A DNA stretch of 64,000 bases from Patescibacteria group bacterium (GTDB lineage Bacteria; Patescibacteriota; WWE3; JAMCXX01; JBBTUG01). Every line of letters begins with the position of its first letter. Position 1 is the stretch's first letter. Below the pieces are notes generated by a model that ran no database searches, was not told the DNA's origin, and was given only the letters and a program-made list of their open reading frames with translations. The position numbers and the translations under genes were made by a program. The stretch is from assembly GCA_038063895.1 (NCBI GenBank), contig JBBTUG010000012.1, positions 78,165 to 142,164 on the forward strand. Direction: 5' to 3'. Below are positions 29,041-38,670 of this stretch, piece by piece.

Positions 29041-32000
29041 TTAAAGAGTCCGGTCAATCCGTGCTCGCTCGCCGGTCGGAATCAGACGGCCGATAATGAC
29101 GTTCTCTTTTAAACCCCACAACCGGTCGACTTTTCCGGACAGGGCGGCTTCCGTTAAGACCCGAGTCGTTTCCTGGAAAGAAGCGGCGGCCAAGAAGCTT
29201 TCCGTCGCCAAAGAGGCTTTTGTAATTCCCAGCAGGATAATCTTGGCGGTAGCCGGTCGGCGGCCTTCAGCCAGTAAACGCTCATTTTCATCTTCAAAGA
29301 AGTAGCGGCTGACAATCTCGCCGGGAAGGAATTTACCGTCGCCGGGATTATCAATCCGGACCCGGGAGAACATTTGCCGGACGATAACTTCCACGTGCTT
29401 GTCGTTTAAGTTAACCCCTTGGGTCGAGTAAACTCTCTGGATTTCCGAAACGATATACTTTTTCGTGCCCTCGATCCCGACTACCTGAACCAGACGGGGG
29501 AGATTTAAATGCCCTTCGGTCAAAGCCTGACCCGGCCGGACCACGTCACCCTCGGAAATCAGTATCTCTGCGGTGGGATCAATATCGTAAGTAAATTCCT
29601 GGCTGCGGGAATTATCGTCTGCGGAGGTCAAAACAATCCTCCGGCTTTCTCCTTCGGTCACGATCTGAACCCGCCCCGTAACATCTGCCATCACCGCCAA
29701 AGTACTTGGATTACGGGCCTCAAAAACCTCTTCCACGCGCGGCAGACCTTGGGTAATATCCTTCCCGACAATTCCACCGGTGTGATAAGTCCGGAGAGTC
29801 AACTGGGTTCCCGGTTCTCCGATTGACTGGGCGGCTGTCACCCCAATCGCCGTTCCCACCAGCACCAGTTTCTTCGTCGCCAGATCCCGACCGTAACAGG
29901 AGGCACAGACTCCGTAATGAGCTTCACAAGTCATTGGGGAACGGGCAAAGATCCGCTCAATTCCGGCCGCGCCGATTTTCCCGGCAATCTCCTCGTCAAC
30001 CAAGGTTCCCGCCGGGAAAAGAACTTTCTTCCCGCTGGCGTCTTTCACTTCTTCCGCCAACACCCGACCGGCAACCCGCTCCAAAAAGTTCGACAGTACG
30101 GTCTCTTCACCCTTGATGATTTCTAAGCTCTGGGCGGTTCCGCAGTCTTCGATCCGCACCAGCACTTCCTGGGCCACATCAACCAACCGGCGGGTTAAGT
30201 AACCGGCGTCAGCGGTTTTAAGGGCGGTATCAACTAATCCCTTGCGGGCTCCGCGCGCACCGGCAAAGTATTCGAAACCGCTAAGGCCCTCGACGTAGTT
30301 GGACCGGATCGGCAGCTCGACGAGGTGTCCGGTCGGGTCGACAATTAAACCCCTCATTCCCGCAATCTGCTTTACCATGTCTCGGGTTCCCCGGGCACCG
30401 GAACTCACCATCATCTTGATCGGGTTGTCTTTTTCCAGATTGTCCCAAGTTAACTTATCAATCGTATTGGTCGCGTCAGTCCACACCTGTTCGGAAAGGC
30501 GCAGCTTTTCCCGTTTGGTGATCAGCCCCCGACGGAAGTTCCGGTCAATCTCCGCGGCCTTCATTGTCGACTGCTCAATAATCCCATATTTTTGGGGGGG
30601 AATCTTCCCATCCGTAATGGCCATCGACATTCCCGAAACCGTCGAAAAACGGAAACCCATATTTTTAAAGTCATCAATAAGACGGACGGTCCGGACGCGG
30701 CCTTCGTGAAGCAGCGACCGCTCAACTAGTTTCTTCAGGGCCCCGTTTTCTTTGTTAATCTCGTCGTTAAAGAATTCAAAAGCACTCGGCAAAATACTGT
30801 TGAAAATAATCCGGCCTAAAGTCGTTTCGATCAGCTCTCCGTTAATCCGGACCTTAACCGGCTCCCGGAGGTATACCCGTCCGATCTCGTAAGAGTAAAG
30901 CGCGTCTTCAATATCGGCGAAAATTTTCCCTGTGGCGCTACTTGGACGGGCGGTCGTTAAGTAATGCAAACCCACCAGCATTTCCCGGTTCGGAATGGTA
31001 ATCGGCACCCCACTGCTCGGGTAAAGAAGATTTTTGCTGGAAAGCATAATGTCGTTGGCCTCGCGGCGGGCGTTATCCGACAGCGGAATGTGAACAGCCA
31101 TCTGGTCTCCGTCAAAGTCGGCGTTGTAACCGCCGCAAACACACGGGTGGAGCTGAATGGCATAGCCATCAATCAGCTTCGGGTAGAAAGCCTGGATTCC
31201 CAGACGGTGGAGAGTCGGAGCGCGGTTTAAGAGAACCGGATGATCTTTAACAATGTTTTCCAAAATATCCCAAACTTCATCACTGCCGGAGTCCAAAACA
31301 TAGCGGGCGCTTTTTAAATTGGGCGCCAAACCGCGGACCATCACTTCCCGTAAGACGAAGGGCTTGAAAAGTTCCAAAGCCATATCTTTCGGTAAGCCAC
31401 ACTCTTCCAATTTAAGATGCGGCCCGACGACGATCACGCTCCGGCCGGAGTAATCAACCCTCTTTCCCAATAAATTACGGCGGAACCGGCCCTGCTTTCC
31501 TTTCAACAGATCGGAGAGGGAGCGCAATTTTTGTTTCCCGCGCATCGGCCGGACTTGGGTGTGCTGCTTGCTGCTGTCGATCAGGGCGTCAACCGCTTCC
31601 TGCAACATCCTTTTTTCATTGCGGATAATAATTTCCGGGGCGCCCAATTCAAGCAGTTTCTTTAAACGGTTGTTGCGGTTAATCACCCGGCGGTAGAGGT
31701 CGTTGTGGTCGGAGGTCGCAAACCGTCCGCCCTCCAGTTGCACCATCGGCCGCAAATCCGGCGGGATTACGGCGATATGACGGGTAATCATCCATTCCGC
31801 TTTAACTTCCGCCAACCGCATTCCCTCGACTAAACGAAGTCTTTTCGCGAGTTTAATCCGCCGCGGTCCGATTGCCTTCGCCAATTTCCGGTGCAGTGAT
31901 TTTGCAATCTCATCCAAATCAACCGCCTTTAATACCTGGTCCACAGCTTCCGCTCCCATCGCCACTTTCGTAAAACGGTCGAGGTAGTCACTCAGCTCGT

Positions 32001-32754
32001 TGTATTTCGCTTCCGGAATAACCGTGAGGTAATCGACACTCTTCAGATAAGTTTCCCATTCTTTAAAGCGGTCTTCGATCTTACCGAGCTCATTCGCGAG
32101 AGCTTCCCGTAGCTGGCTGATTTCTCGCCGAGCCGTCATCGTCAGTGATCGGCTTTTATTTTCCATTGCGTTTTTGTCGGCGGAACTTTTTTCCAAAGTC
32201 GCGATGGCTTTTTCAACTTCTCTCTCCCGTTCCTTAATCTTCCGTTCGGTTTCCTTTTCCGCTTTTTCCTTACTTTCAAGTTCTTTTTTGGCTAAGAGAC
32301 TTACCGCCTCGGCCCGGTGGACGGGATTGAAATTGACGACGAGGTAAGAAGCAAAGTAGATAACCGTTTCCAACTCCCGGGGAGAGACATCCAAAAGAAT
32401 GCCGGCCGGAGAAGGAATCCCGCGGAAATACCAGACATGGGCGCAGGGGGTTGACAGGGTAATATGCCCCATCCGCTCACGCCGCACCCGGGAATAGGTA
32501 ACCTCGACACCACACTTATCGCAGATAACGCCTTTATAACGGATCCGCTTGTATTTTCCGCAGTAGCATTCGAAGTCTTTGGTCGGGCCGAAAATCCGCT
32601 CATCAAATAAACCGTCTTTTTCGGCTTTAAAGGTCCGGTAATTTATTGTTTCCGGCTTGACCACTTCACCGTGCGACCACGAAAGAACGTCCTCAGGCGA
32701 GGCAACGCTGATCCGCAGAGCATCAAATTCTTTTAGACTTTCTAGAGTTTCCAT
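29041..32754 (-). CDS. rpoC: RNA polymerase beta' subunit
   Basis: [26 protein letters not shown]. Confidence 0.99.
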   Translation of the reverse strand: METLESLKEFDALRISVASPEDVLSWSHGEVVKPETINYRTFKAEKDGLFDERIFGPTKDFECYCGKYKRIRYKGVICDKCGVEVTYSRVRRERMGHITLSTPCAHVWYFRGIPSPAGILLDVSPRELETVIYFASYLVVNFNPVHRAEAVSLLAKKELESKEKAEKETERKIKEREREVEKAIATLEKSSADKNAMENKSRSLTMTARREISQLREALANELGKIEDRFKEWETYLKSVDYLTVIPEAKYNELSDYLDRFTKVAMGAEAVDQVLKAVDLDEIAKSLHRKLAKAIGPRRIKLAKRLRLVEGMRLAEVKAEWMITRHIAVIPPDLRPMVQLEGGRFATSDHNDLYRRVINRNNRLKKLLELGAPEIIIRNEKRMLQEAVDALIDSSKQHTQVRPMRGKQKLRSLSDLLKGKQGRFRRNLLGKRVDYSGRSVIVVGPHLKLEECGLPKDMALELFKPFVLREVMVRGLAPNLKSARYVLDSGSDEVWDILENIVKDHPVLLNRAPTLHRLGIQAFYPKLIDGYAIQLHPCVCGGYNADFDGDQMAVHIPLSDNARREANDIMLSSKNLLYPSSGVPITIPNREMLVGLHYLTTARPSSATGKIFADIEDALYSYEIGRVYLREPVKVRINGELIETTLGRIIFNSILPSAFEFFNDEINKENGALKKLVERSLLHEGRVRTVRLIDDFKNMGFRFSTVSGMSMAITDGKIPPQKYGIIEQSTMKAAEIDRNFRRGLITKREKLRLSEQVWTDATNTIDKLTWDNLEKDNPIKMMVSSGARGTRDMVKQIAGMRGLIVDPTGHLVELPIRSNYVEGLSGFEYFAGARGARKGLVDTALKTADAGYLTRRLVDVAQEVLVRIEDCGTAQSLEIIKGEETVLSNFLERVAGRVLAEEVKDASGKKVLFPAGTLVDEEIAGKIGAAGIERIFARSPMTCEAHYGVCASCYGRDLATKKLVLVGTAIGVTAAQSIGEPGTQLTLRTYHTGGIVGKDITQGLPRVEEVFEARNPSTLAVMADVTGRVQIVTEGESRRIVLTSADDNSRSQEFTYDIDPTAEILISEGDVVRPGQALTEGHLNLPRLVQVVGIEGTKKYIVSEIQRVYSTQGVNLNDKHVEVIVRQMFSRVRIDNPGDGKFLPGEIVSRYFFEDENERLLAEGRRPATAKIILLGITKASLATESFLAAASFQETTRVLTEAALSGKVDRLWGLKENVIIGRLIPTGERARIDRTL

Positions 32755-32762
32755 AGTAGTTT

Positions 32763-32837
32763 GGAACTAACGCCACGAATATTCTCCACAAATAGACCAC
32801 GAATCGATTAGTGGTTAATTCGTGAAGGAAATTAGTG
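32763..32837. repeat. 75-bp palindromic dispersed repeat, copy 2 (inverted)
   Basis: CACGAAT/CACAAAT x3 then ATTAGTG/ATTCGTG x3; matches 28045..28119 on the opposite strand. Confidence 0.85.
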
Positions 32838-32850
32838 ACATTCCTTCCTT

Positions 32851-33858
32851 TTACTCCCTTACCGAGCTCCATTCTAAACTCGGTTTAGCAGCCTTTATCA
32901 TCTCCGCCGCCATTCCCACCGTCCGAGACGCCAACGCACTCCCGCTAAAAGCCATTAAATCCGCCTCGTTGTGTATATCACCTCCGCCGCTGGCAAGCAA
33001 GCCGTATTTTCCCGTTATTCCGGCTAAACTCTTCTGATCCGCCTTAATTTCATCCTTGCCCTCAGTCACGTTGACTCCGTAAACTACCTCAATTCCATCA
33101 AGTCGGTGTTCCCGAGCCAGCCGCTCAACCCACGCTTCGGTCAGTACTTTTTTACTAAATGTCCAGTGCGCTAAAATTGCCACTCCGCCAGAGCGACGAA
33201 TTAAAGATACCGCGTCATCCAACTGCAAAGAGTCGTTATAAGGGACATAGATCCCCTTAATTATTGCGCTCTCACCGAGCAACAAACGGAAGAGCTGTTC
33301 CTTCGCTGAGGCTTTGGTCAGCAGTTCCGCATCAGCACCGCTGCTTATCTCCTGATCGACCAGCTCTGCCAATCGGTTGCGATTAACCGGATTAATTAAC
33401 AATGCCTCGGCAATGTGCGGACGTCCGATCGAAGGTCCTTCTGATACCGCTAAGACGTCCTCAACCGTGATCACAAACCCAGTCCGCTCAAGGTTCCCAA
33501 TCATCAACCGGGCCCGGGCTAACCGTTCCTCCTGGCGCTCCCGACAATGATCCAGTAAACGTTTATTTCGCGGGTCAACAAACAGACCGACGATATGAAA
33601 GAGCGGCACCTCCTCGACCAACTCCCGGACGTGACTGACTGAAAGCTCAATCCCCACAATGAATTTGGTCGGATGCGCCTTTAACCCATTCAGTTCCTGA
33701 AGAGCCGATTCATCCGGCAGCGCATCGTGATCGGTGAAGGCCGCTACCCCCACATTATATTTTTGGCAGGCATTAAGAATCCCGCCATAACTTAAAGTGC
33801 CGTCGGAAGTCCTGGTGTGACAGTGCAGACTTTCCAACTCTTTATTGATTCGACTCAT
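32851..33858 (-). CDS. PHP-domain metallophosphoesterase (TrpH/YciV-like)
   Basis: LHCHTRTSDG, TDHD, GIELS, GRPHIA, ILAH, GGGDIH; start moved to ATG 33858. Confidence 0.88.
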   Translation of the reverse strand: MSRINKELESLHCHTRTSDGTLSYGGILNACQKYNVGVAAFTDHDALPDESALQELNGLKAHPTKFIVGIELSVSHVRELVEEVPLFHIVGLFVDPRNKRLLDHCRERQEERLARARLMIGNLERTGFVITVEDVLAVSEGPSIGRPHIAEALLINPVNRNRLAELVDQEISSGADAELLTKASAKEQLFRLLLGESAIIKGIYVPYNDSLQLDDAVSLIRRSGGVAILAHWTFSKKVLTEAWVERLAREHRLDGIEVVYGVNVTEGKDEIKADQKSLAGITGKYGLLASGGGDIHNEADLMAFSGSALASRTVGMAAEMIKAAKPSLEWSSVRE

Positions 33859-36800
33859 TCCCGGCCTCAGCATTTTTTTCGGCTGCCGGAGGTGCTGTCG
33901 GCTCACTGATTTCCGGCTCAACCGGTTGCTTTTTCTCCACGGATATTGTCTCCACTTTTAAACCCAGTCCGTTCAGTTCCCGGACCAGCAACTTGAATGA
34001 TTCCGGAATCGTCGCTTCGGGAATCGGTTCGCCCTGGATAATCGCCTGGTATGCGCGGGTCCGGCCAACCAGATCATCCGATTTAATCGTCAGCATTTCC
34101 TGAAGAACATGGGCAGCGCCGTAAGCTTCAAGGGCCCAAACTTCCATCTCACCGAAACGCTGGCCGCCAAACTGCGCCTTGCCACCCAGAGGCTGCTGGG
34201 TAATCAGGCCGTAAGGACCGATAGAACGGGCGTGGGCTTTATCCTCAGCCATGTGGGTCAGTTTCAGGACATAAGCCTGACCGACAACGATCTCCTGATC
34301 AAAGTATTCGCCCGTGCGGCCGTCGATAAGTTTTGTTTTTCCGCTAACGGGGAGTCCCGCTTTTTTAAACTCTTCCTGTAGATAACTCATCTTGAAAGGT
34401 TCGAAGGCGGGAACAGCGTATGTCTTACCAAGCTTTTTTGCCGCCCAACCCAAGTGAGTTTCCAACAGCTGGCCGATGTTCATACGGGAAACGACGGAGG
34501 CGGGTGAGAGAATAAAATCAATCGGGGTACCGTCGGGCATATAGGGCATGTCTTCAACCGGAACGATTTTGGAAATAACACCCTTGTTACCATGCCGTCC
34601 CGCCAGTTTATCACCGACCGTAATCTTCCGGATCTGGGCCACGAAAGTCGATATCTCCTTGATAACTCCGGCTGACAACTCATCCCCCGCCGCCTTTTCC
34701 AGCACTTTGACTCCGATGACCGTACCATACTCTCCGTGCGGAACCCGCAGGGAGTTGTCTCTGACTTCCCTAGCTTTCTCACCGAAAATCGCCCGCAGCA
34801 ATCTCTCTTCCGCGGAAAGTTCTGTTTCCCCCTTCGGCGCGATTTTACCGACGAGAATATCTCCTGACTTAACCTGCGCTCCGACATAAACAATTCCGTT
34901 TTCGTCCAAATTCCGTAAAGATTCTTCCGAAACATTCGGGATATCGCGGGTAATTTCCTCGGGCCCCAGCTTAGTTTCCAAAACCTGAACGGTATGTTTG
35001 GAAATATGGATTGAGGAAAGGGCATCTTCTTTCAACAGCCTTTCGGAGATGATCAAAGCGTCCTCGTAACCGAACCCCTCCCAAAACATGTAAGCAATCC
35101 GCAAGTTAGTCCCCAAAGCTAACTCTCCCTGGTCAGTCGCCGGGCCGTCGGCTAAAACGTCGCCCTTCTTAACCTTTTGATCGGCGGAAACGATTGGCCG
35201 CTGATCGTAGCAAGTTTCCTGGTTGGACATAACATATTTCTGCAATTTATAGGAATCCTTCTTTCCGTTGGCTTTTTTAATTACGATATTTTCAGCATCC
35301 ACGTAACTGACCGTGCCGCCTTCTTTGGCGACAACCGCAACGCCGGAGTTAACCGCAATATCATGCTCCAAACCGGTTCCGACTAACGGAGCTTGGGGAC
35401 GGAGCAACGGCACTGCCTGCGCCTGTTGGTTAGTTCCGATAAGGGCCCGGGTAACGTCGTCGTGAGCTAGGAACGGAACTAGAGCGGCCGAAGCGCCGAC
35501 AATCTGCCGCGGCACAACGTCCATGTAGTTCGCGTTAACCGATTGGCCGATGAAAAATTCCGATCCGTGCCGGAGGGGCACCCGGTCTTCTTTAACGATG
35601 CCTTTTTCGTCAAACTCGATTGAGGCGTCCATAATCGTGTATTTCTCGTCGTCATAGGCGGCCAGGTAGACAACTTCATCGGTCACCTTCACCTTTTCGA
35701 CCCCACCGACAGTAACTTTTTCCAGGCGGCGGTAAGGGGTTTCCATAAAACCGAATTCGTTGATTTTGGCGTAGAGGGCTAAGTAGGAAATCAGACCGAT
35801 GTTCGGACCTTCAGGCGTCCGGACGGCACAAACCCGGCCGTAATGGCTGTAGTGAGCATCCCGGACCGAGAAAGATGCCCGTTCTTTAGTCAGGCCTCCG
35901 GGACCGACAACACTCATCCGGCGCAAGTGGTCGAGTCCGGCTAAGGGGTTAACCTGCTCCTGGAACTGAGAGAGTTGCCCCGAAGCAAAGAACGAATGAA
36001 TCCGGGCGGTAATTGGGCGGGGAGAAATTAAAACCCCGGGCGGACAAAGCCGTTCCCGCGGTTGGAGACTCATCCTCTCCTTCACGACCCGCTCTAACTG
36101 AAGAAACCCGTAGCGCATTTGTTGGGCAACCAACTCCCCGACGGCACGGACCCGGCGGTTACCAAGATGATCGATATCATCAAATTCGCCGATACCCCGG
36201 TCAAGTTCGATTACGGTCTGGATAATTTTAATCAGGTCCTCTTTTTGGAGAGTGTGATATTTTTCGAGGTTCGGAAAATTTAAGCCCAGCCGTTGATTCG
36301 CTTTAAAACGTCCGACCTTGCCGAGACTGAAACGCCGGGGGTTAAAGAAAACACTCTCGACGACTTGGCGGGCGTTTTCCAAAATTAAAGGGTCGCCAGG
36401 ACGGATCCGGCGGTAAACTTCCAAAATCGCTTCATCGTAAGAAGCCGCGCTGTCGCGTTTCAGGGTTTCTTCGATGTAGAAATGGTCAGGACCGGTATCG
36501 ACCGAGGCAAAAGCGTCTTTTATTTCCTGATTATTTTTTAAGCCGAAAAGGCGGAGCAGGGTTGTCACGGCCAGACGGCGGCGGCGATCAATCCGGACGG
36601 TAATAAAGCCGGTCTTGGCGGTTTCAAACTCCAGCCAGGCGCCGTTTTTCGGAAGAATTTTCGCCCCGGCCAGACGCTCGCCTGTTTCCGCATCCGTCTC
36701 CCCGACAAAAAACACGCCTTCCGAGCGTGTTAATTGGGAAACGACAACCCGCTCAACTCCGTTAATAATAAACGTGCCGTTTTCGGTAATCATCGGCAGT

Positions 36801-37111
36801 TCGCCCATGAAAACTTCCTGCTCTAAACTTTTTCCGGAGGGCGATTCAGTCAGGCGGGCTTTAACGTAAAGAGGCGCCTCGTAAGTGACGCCTTTATTGA
36901 TTGATTCGAAAACGTTGAGTTTGGGCTGCTCAAGACGGGGATCGGAAAAGGACAATTCCCAGCCACGGCCGGTATAGTCCTGGATCGGACTGATCTCTTT
37001 CAAAATTTCGGCAATCCCCTCACTAATAAACCAGTCGTAAGAAACTTTCTGGACGTCAGTAAGGTTGGGAAGGGTTAGGATTTCTTTTTTTTGGGAAAAG
37101 TAATGGCGCAT
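33842..37111 (-). CDS. rpoB: RNA polymerase beta subunit
   Basis: TPEGPNIGL, GDKLAGRHGNKG, GGQRFGEMEVWALEAYG. Confidence 0.99.
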   Translation of the reverse strand: MRHYFSQKKEILTLPNLTDVQKVSYDWFISEGIAEILKEISPIQDYTGRGWELSFSDPRLEQPKLNVFESINKGVTYEAPLYVKARLTESPSGKSLEQEVFMGELPMITENGTFIINGVERVVVSQLTRSEGVFFVGETDAETGERLAGAKILPKNGAWLEFETAKTGFITVRIDRRRRLAVTTLLRLFGLKNNQEIKDAFASVDTGPDHFYIEETLKRDSAASYDEAILEVYRRIRPGDPLILENARQVVESVFFNPRRFSLGKVGRFKANQRLGLNFPNLEKYHTLQKEDLIKIIQTVIELDRGIGEFDDIDHLGNRRVRAVGELVAQQMRYGFLQLERVVKERMSLQPRERLCPPGVLISPRPITARIHSFFASGQLSQFQEQVNPLAGLDHLRRMSVVGPGGLTKERASFSVRDAHYSHYGRVCAVRTPEGPNIGLISYLALYAKINEFGFMETPYRRLEKVTVGGVEKVKVTDEVVYLAAYDDEKYTIMDASIEFDEKGIVKEDRVPLRHGSEFFIGQSVNANYMDVVPRQIVGASAALVPFLAHDDVTRALIGTNQQAQAVPLLRPQAPLVGTGLEHDIAVNSGVAVVAKEGGTVSYVDAENIVIKKANGKKDSYKLQKYVMSNQETCYDQRPIVSADQKVKKGDVLADGPATDQGELALGTNLRIAYMFWEGFGYEDALIISERLLKEDALSSIHISKHTVQVLETKLGPEEITRDIPNVSEESLRNLDENGIVYVGAQVKSGDILVGKIAPKGETELSAEERLLRAIFGEKAREVRDNSLRVPHGEYGTVIGVKVLEKAAGDELSAGVIKEISTFVAQIRKITVGDKLAGRHGNKGVISKIVPVEDMPYMPDGTPIDFILSPASVVSRMNIGQLLETHLGWAAKKLGKTYAVPAFEPFKMSYLQEEFKKAGLPVSGKTKLIDGRTGEYFDQEIVVGQAYVLKLTHMAEDKAHARSIGPYGLITQQPLGGKAQFGGQRFGEMEVWALEAYGAAHVLQEMLTIKSDDLVGRTRAYQAIIQGEPIPEATIPESFKLLVRELNGLGLKVETISVEKKQPVEPEISEPTAPPAAEKNAEAGNESNQ

Positions 37112-37201
37112 AACTTTAAAGCTAACGGATAACTTCAAATACCAATGACAAAAAAAAGGCCGGCGCCCTACGGACGGTCGCTTTACCTAGTTACAAGCCC
37201 T

Positions 37202-37230
37202 ATATTATCTCTTCAAGGCCAAGTTGTCAA
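37202..37230 (-). promoter_or_regulatory. Sigma70 promoter for rpoB
   Basis: TTGACA-17 nt-TAATAT. Confidence 0.6.
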
Positions 37231-37268
37231 GAGTTATTAACACCCTTGGAAACCTATAACGGTCGTGG

Positions 37269-38306
37269 TTAATTTGACAGGTACCGGCCGGCATTTAGGT
37301 TATGCTCTTCAAGCGTTTTAGCGTAGTGCATCCGGCCTTCCTTATCCGAAAGATAGAACCAGTAACCCGTCGCGGCGGGGCGGACCACTGCCGTCATTGT
37401 CGAGAAACCGGGATTACTAATCGGCGTTGGCGGCAGACCTTTATACTTCCGGGTGTTGTAAGGCGAATCAAGTTCTAGGTCCGTGGCTGTGATTTCTTTC
37501 GGCCACCACTCAATGGTGTTGAATTTTGAATTTTGACTTTTTCCTCCAGAGGTAGATCCGCCCTTGGCGGAGATTTTTGAATTTGTAATCGCATACTGCA
37601 AGGTCGCATCAACTTCTAAAGGCCAGTCGTTTTCCAGCCGTTTTAATAGGATGCCGGCGATAATCGGCCGGTCCTCAGCAAACCGGGCCTCCCGCTCAAG
37701 AATTGAGGCGAGGATAACGATGTCTTTTTCCGAGAGGGAACTTTTGGGAAGAGCTTTAATCTTCGCCGCAAAGTTATCCTGCATCATCCCAACCAGCCGT
37801 GCCGCTGTATACCACGCCGGGACAAGATACGTGTCGGGAAATAAGTATCCTTCCAAACTTTTCGTTTCATTTAAAAACTCCGCTATCGATAATGCGGATC
37901 CGCCTTGGGCGGAGAATTTTGAATTTATGTATTCCCCCATCTCCTCACGGCGCCAACCTTCGGGAAAAGTCAGCTTAATATCGGCGCGGCCATGCCCGAG
38001 AATTCCGACGACTTCAGTCAGACTGGCGTTTTGGGGCAAGGAAAAGACCCCGGCCTGGACAAAGGAACCCAAACCGCTCAGCCGGACATACAAACGCAAC
38101 AGGAGGGCTGAATTGATCAACTTTTTATTTTCCAGCTCCTGCGCGATTTTAGATAAAGGCTCTCCCTCACTGACTACGAATTCCACAGGCTCCGCCGGTC
38201 CCGGCTGCCTGTGGTCCAAAGCAGATTGGTAGAAACGAAAACCACCGATTATTAGCGAAACGGCAATTAGGAAAATAATGATCAGTAGCCTGACTGAAGT
38301 TTTCAT
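37269..38306 (-). CDS. mltG: Endolytic transglycosylase MltG
   Basis: N-terminal TM, LEGYLFPDTY, LASILERE, DSPYNT..YKGLPPTPISNPG. Confidence 0.95.
   Translation of the reverse strand: MKTSVRLLIIIFLIAVSLIIGGFRFYQSALDHRQPGPAEPVEFVVSEGEPLSKIAQELENKKLINSALLLRLYVRLSGLGSFVQAGVFSLPQNASLTEVVGILGHGRADIKLTFPEGWRREEMGEYINSKFSAQGGSALSIAEFLNETKSLEGYLFPDTYLVPAWYTAARLVGMMQDNFAAKIKALPKSSLSEKDIVILASILEREARFAEDRPIIAGILLKRLENDWPLEVDATLQYAITNSKISAKGGSTSGGKSQNSKFNTIEWWPKEITATDLELDSPYNTRKYKGLPPTPISNPGFSTMTAVVRPAATGYWFYLSDKEGRMHYAKTLEEHNLNAGRYLSN
37519..37585. repeat. In-frame palindromic element in mltG, copy 1
   Basis: CCTCCAGAGGTAGATCCGCCCTTGGCGGA flanked by TTTTGAATT units; encodes NSKISAKGGSTSGGKSQNSKF. Confidence 0.65.
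37894..37926. repeat. In-frame palindromic element in mltG, copy 2
   Basis: GCGGATCCGCCTTGGGCGGAGAATTTTGAATTT; encodes NSKFSAQGGSA. Confidence 0.65.
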
Positions 38307-38411
38307 TATTTATTAAGGGTAGCATAACTCTTTCCTCTTTCCCAAGGTTTGCCTCCTTTCCCCTGACCGTGTTAGTTTTATACAGGACAGATGAAAGGCG
38401 GTGATTAATTT

Positions 38412-38663
38412 CTGGAAAAAGTAATCGGTAAAATTATCCACTTTTACGACCGGCTTGGCGTCGCCATTGTTAAGTTGAGCGATAAACTTAACGCCGGGGA
38501 TAGTCTTCATATCTTAGGCAAACACACTGATTTCACCCAAGTTGCGGAATCGCTCCAGATTGAACACACGGCCGTGGAGGCCGCCGCGAAAGGAGAGGAG
38601 GTCGGAATTAAAGTCAAGGAAAAAGTTCATGAGGGCGATAAAGTATTCCGGGTTGGGGTTTAG
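38412..38663 (+). CDS. Small translation-factor-like beta-barrel protein (U32 C-terminal-domain-like); probable CTG start
   Basis: Frame of the 38475 ORF extends to CTG 38412: (M)EKVIGKIIHFYDRLGVAIVKL...GEEVGIKV; SD-like GGCGGTGA upstream; in-frame TAA at 38406. Confidence 0.65.
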   Translation: MEKVIGKIIHFYDRLGVAIVKLSDKLNAGDSLHILGKHTDFTQVAESLQIEHTAVEAAAKGEEVGIKVKEKVHEGDKVFRVGV

Positions 38664-38670
38664 GTGTTAA

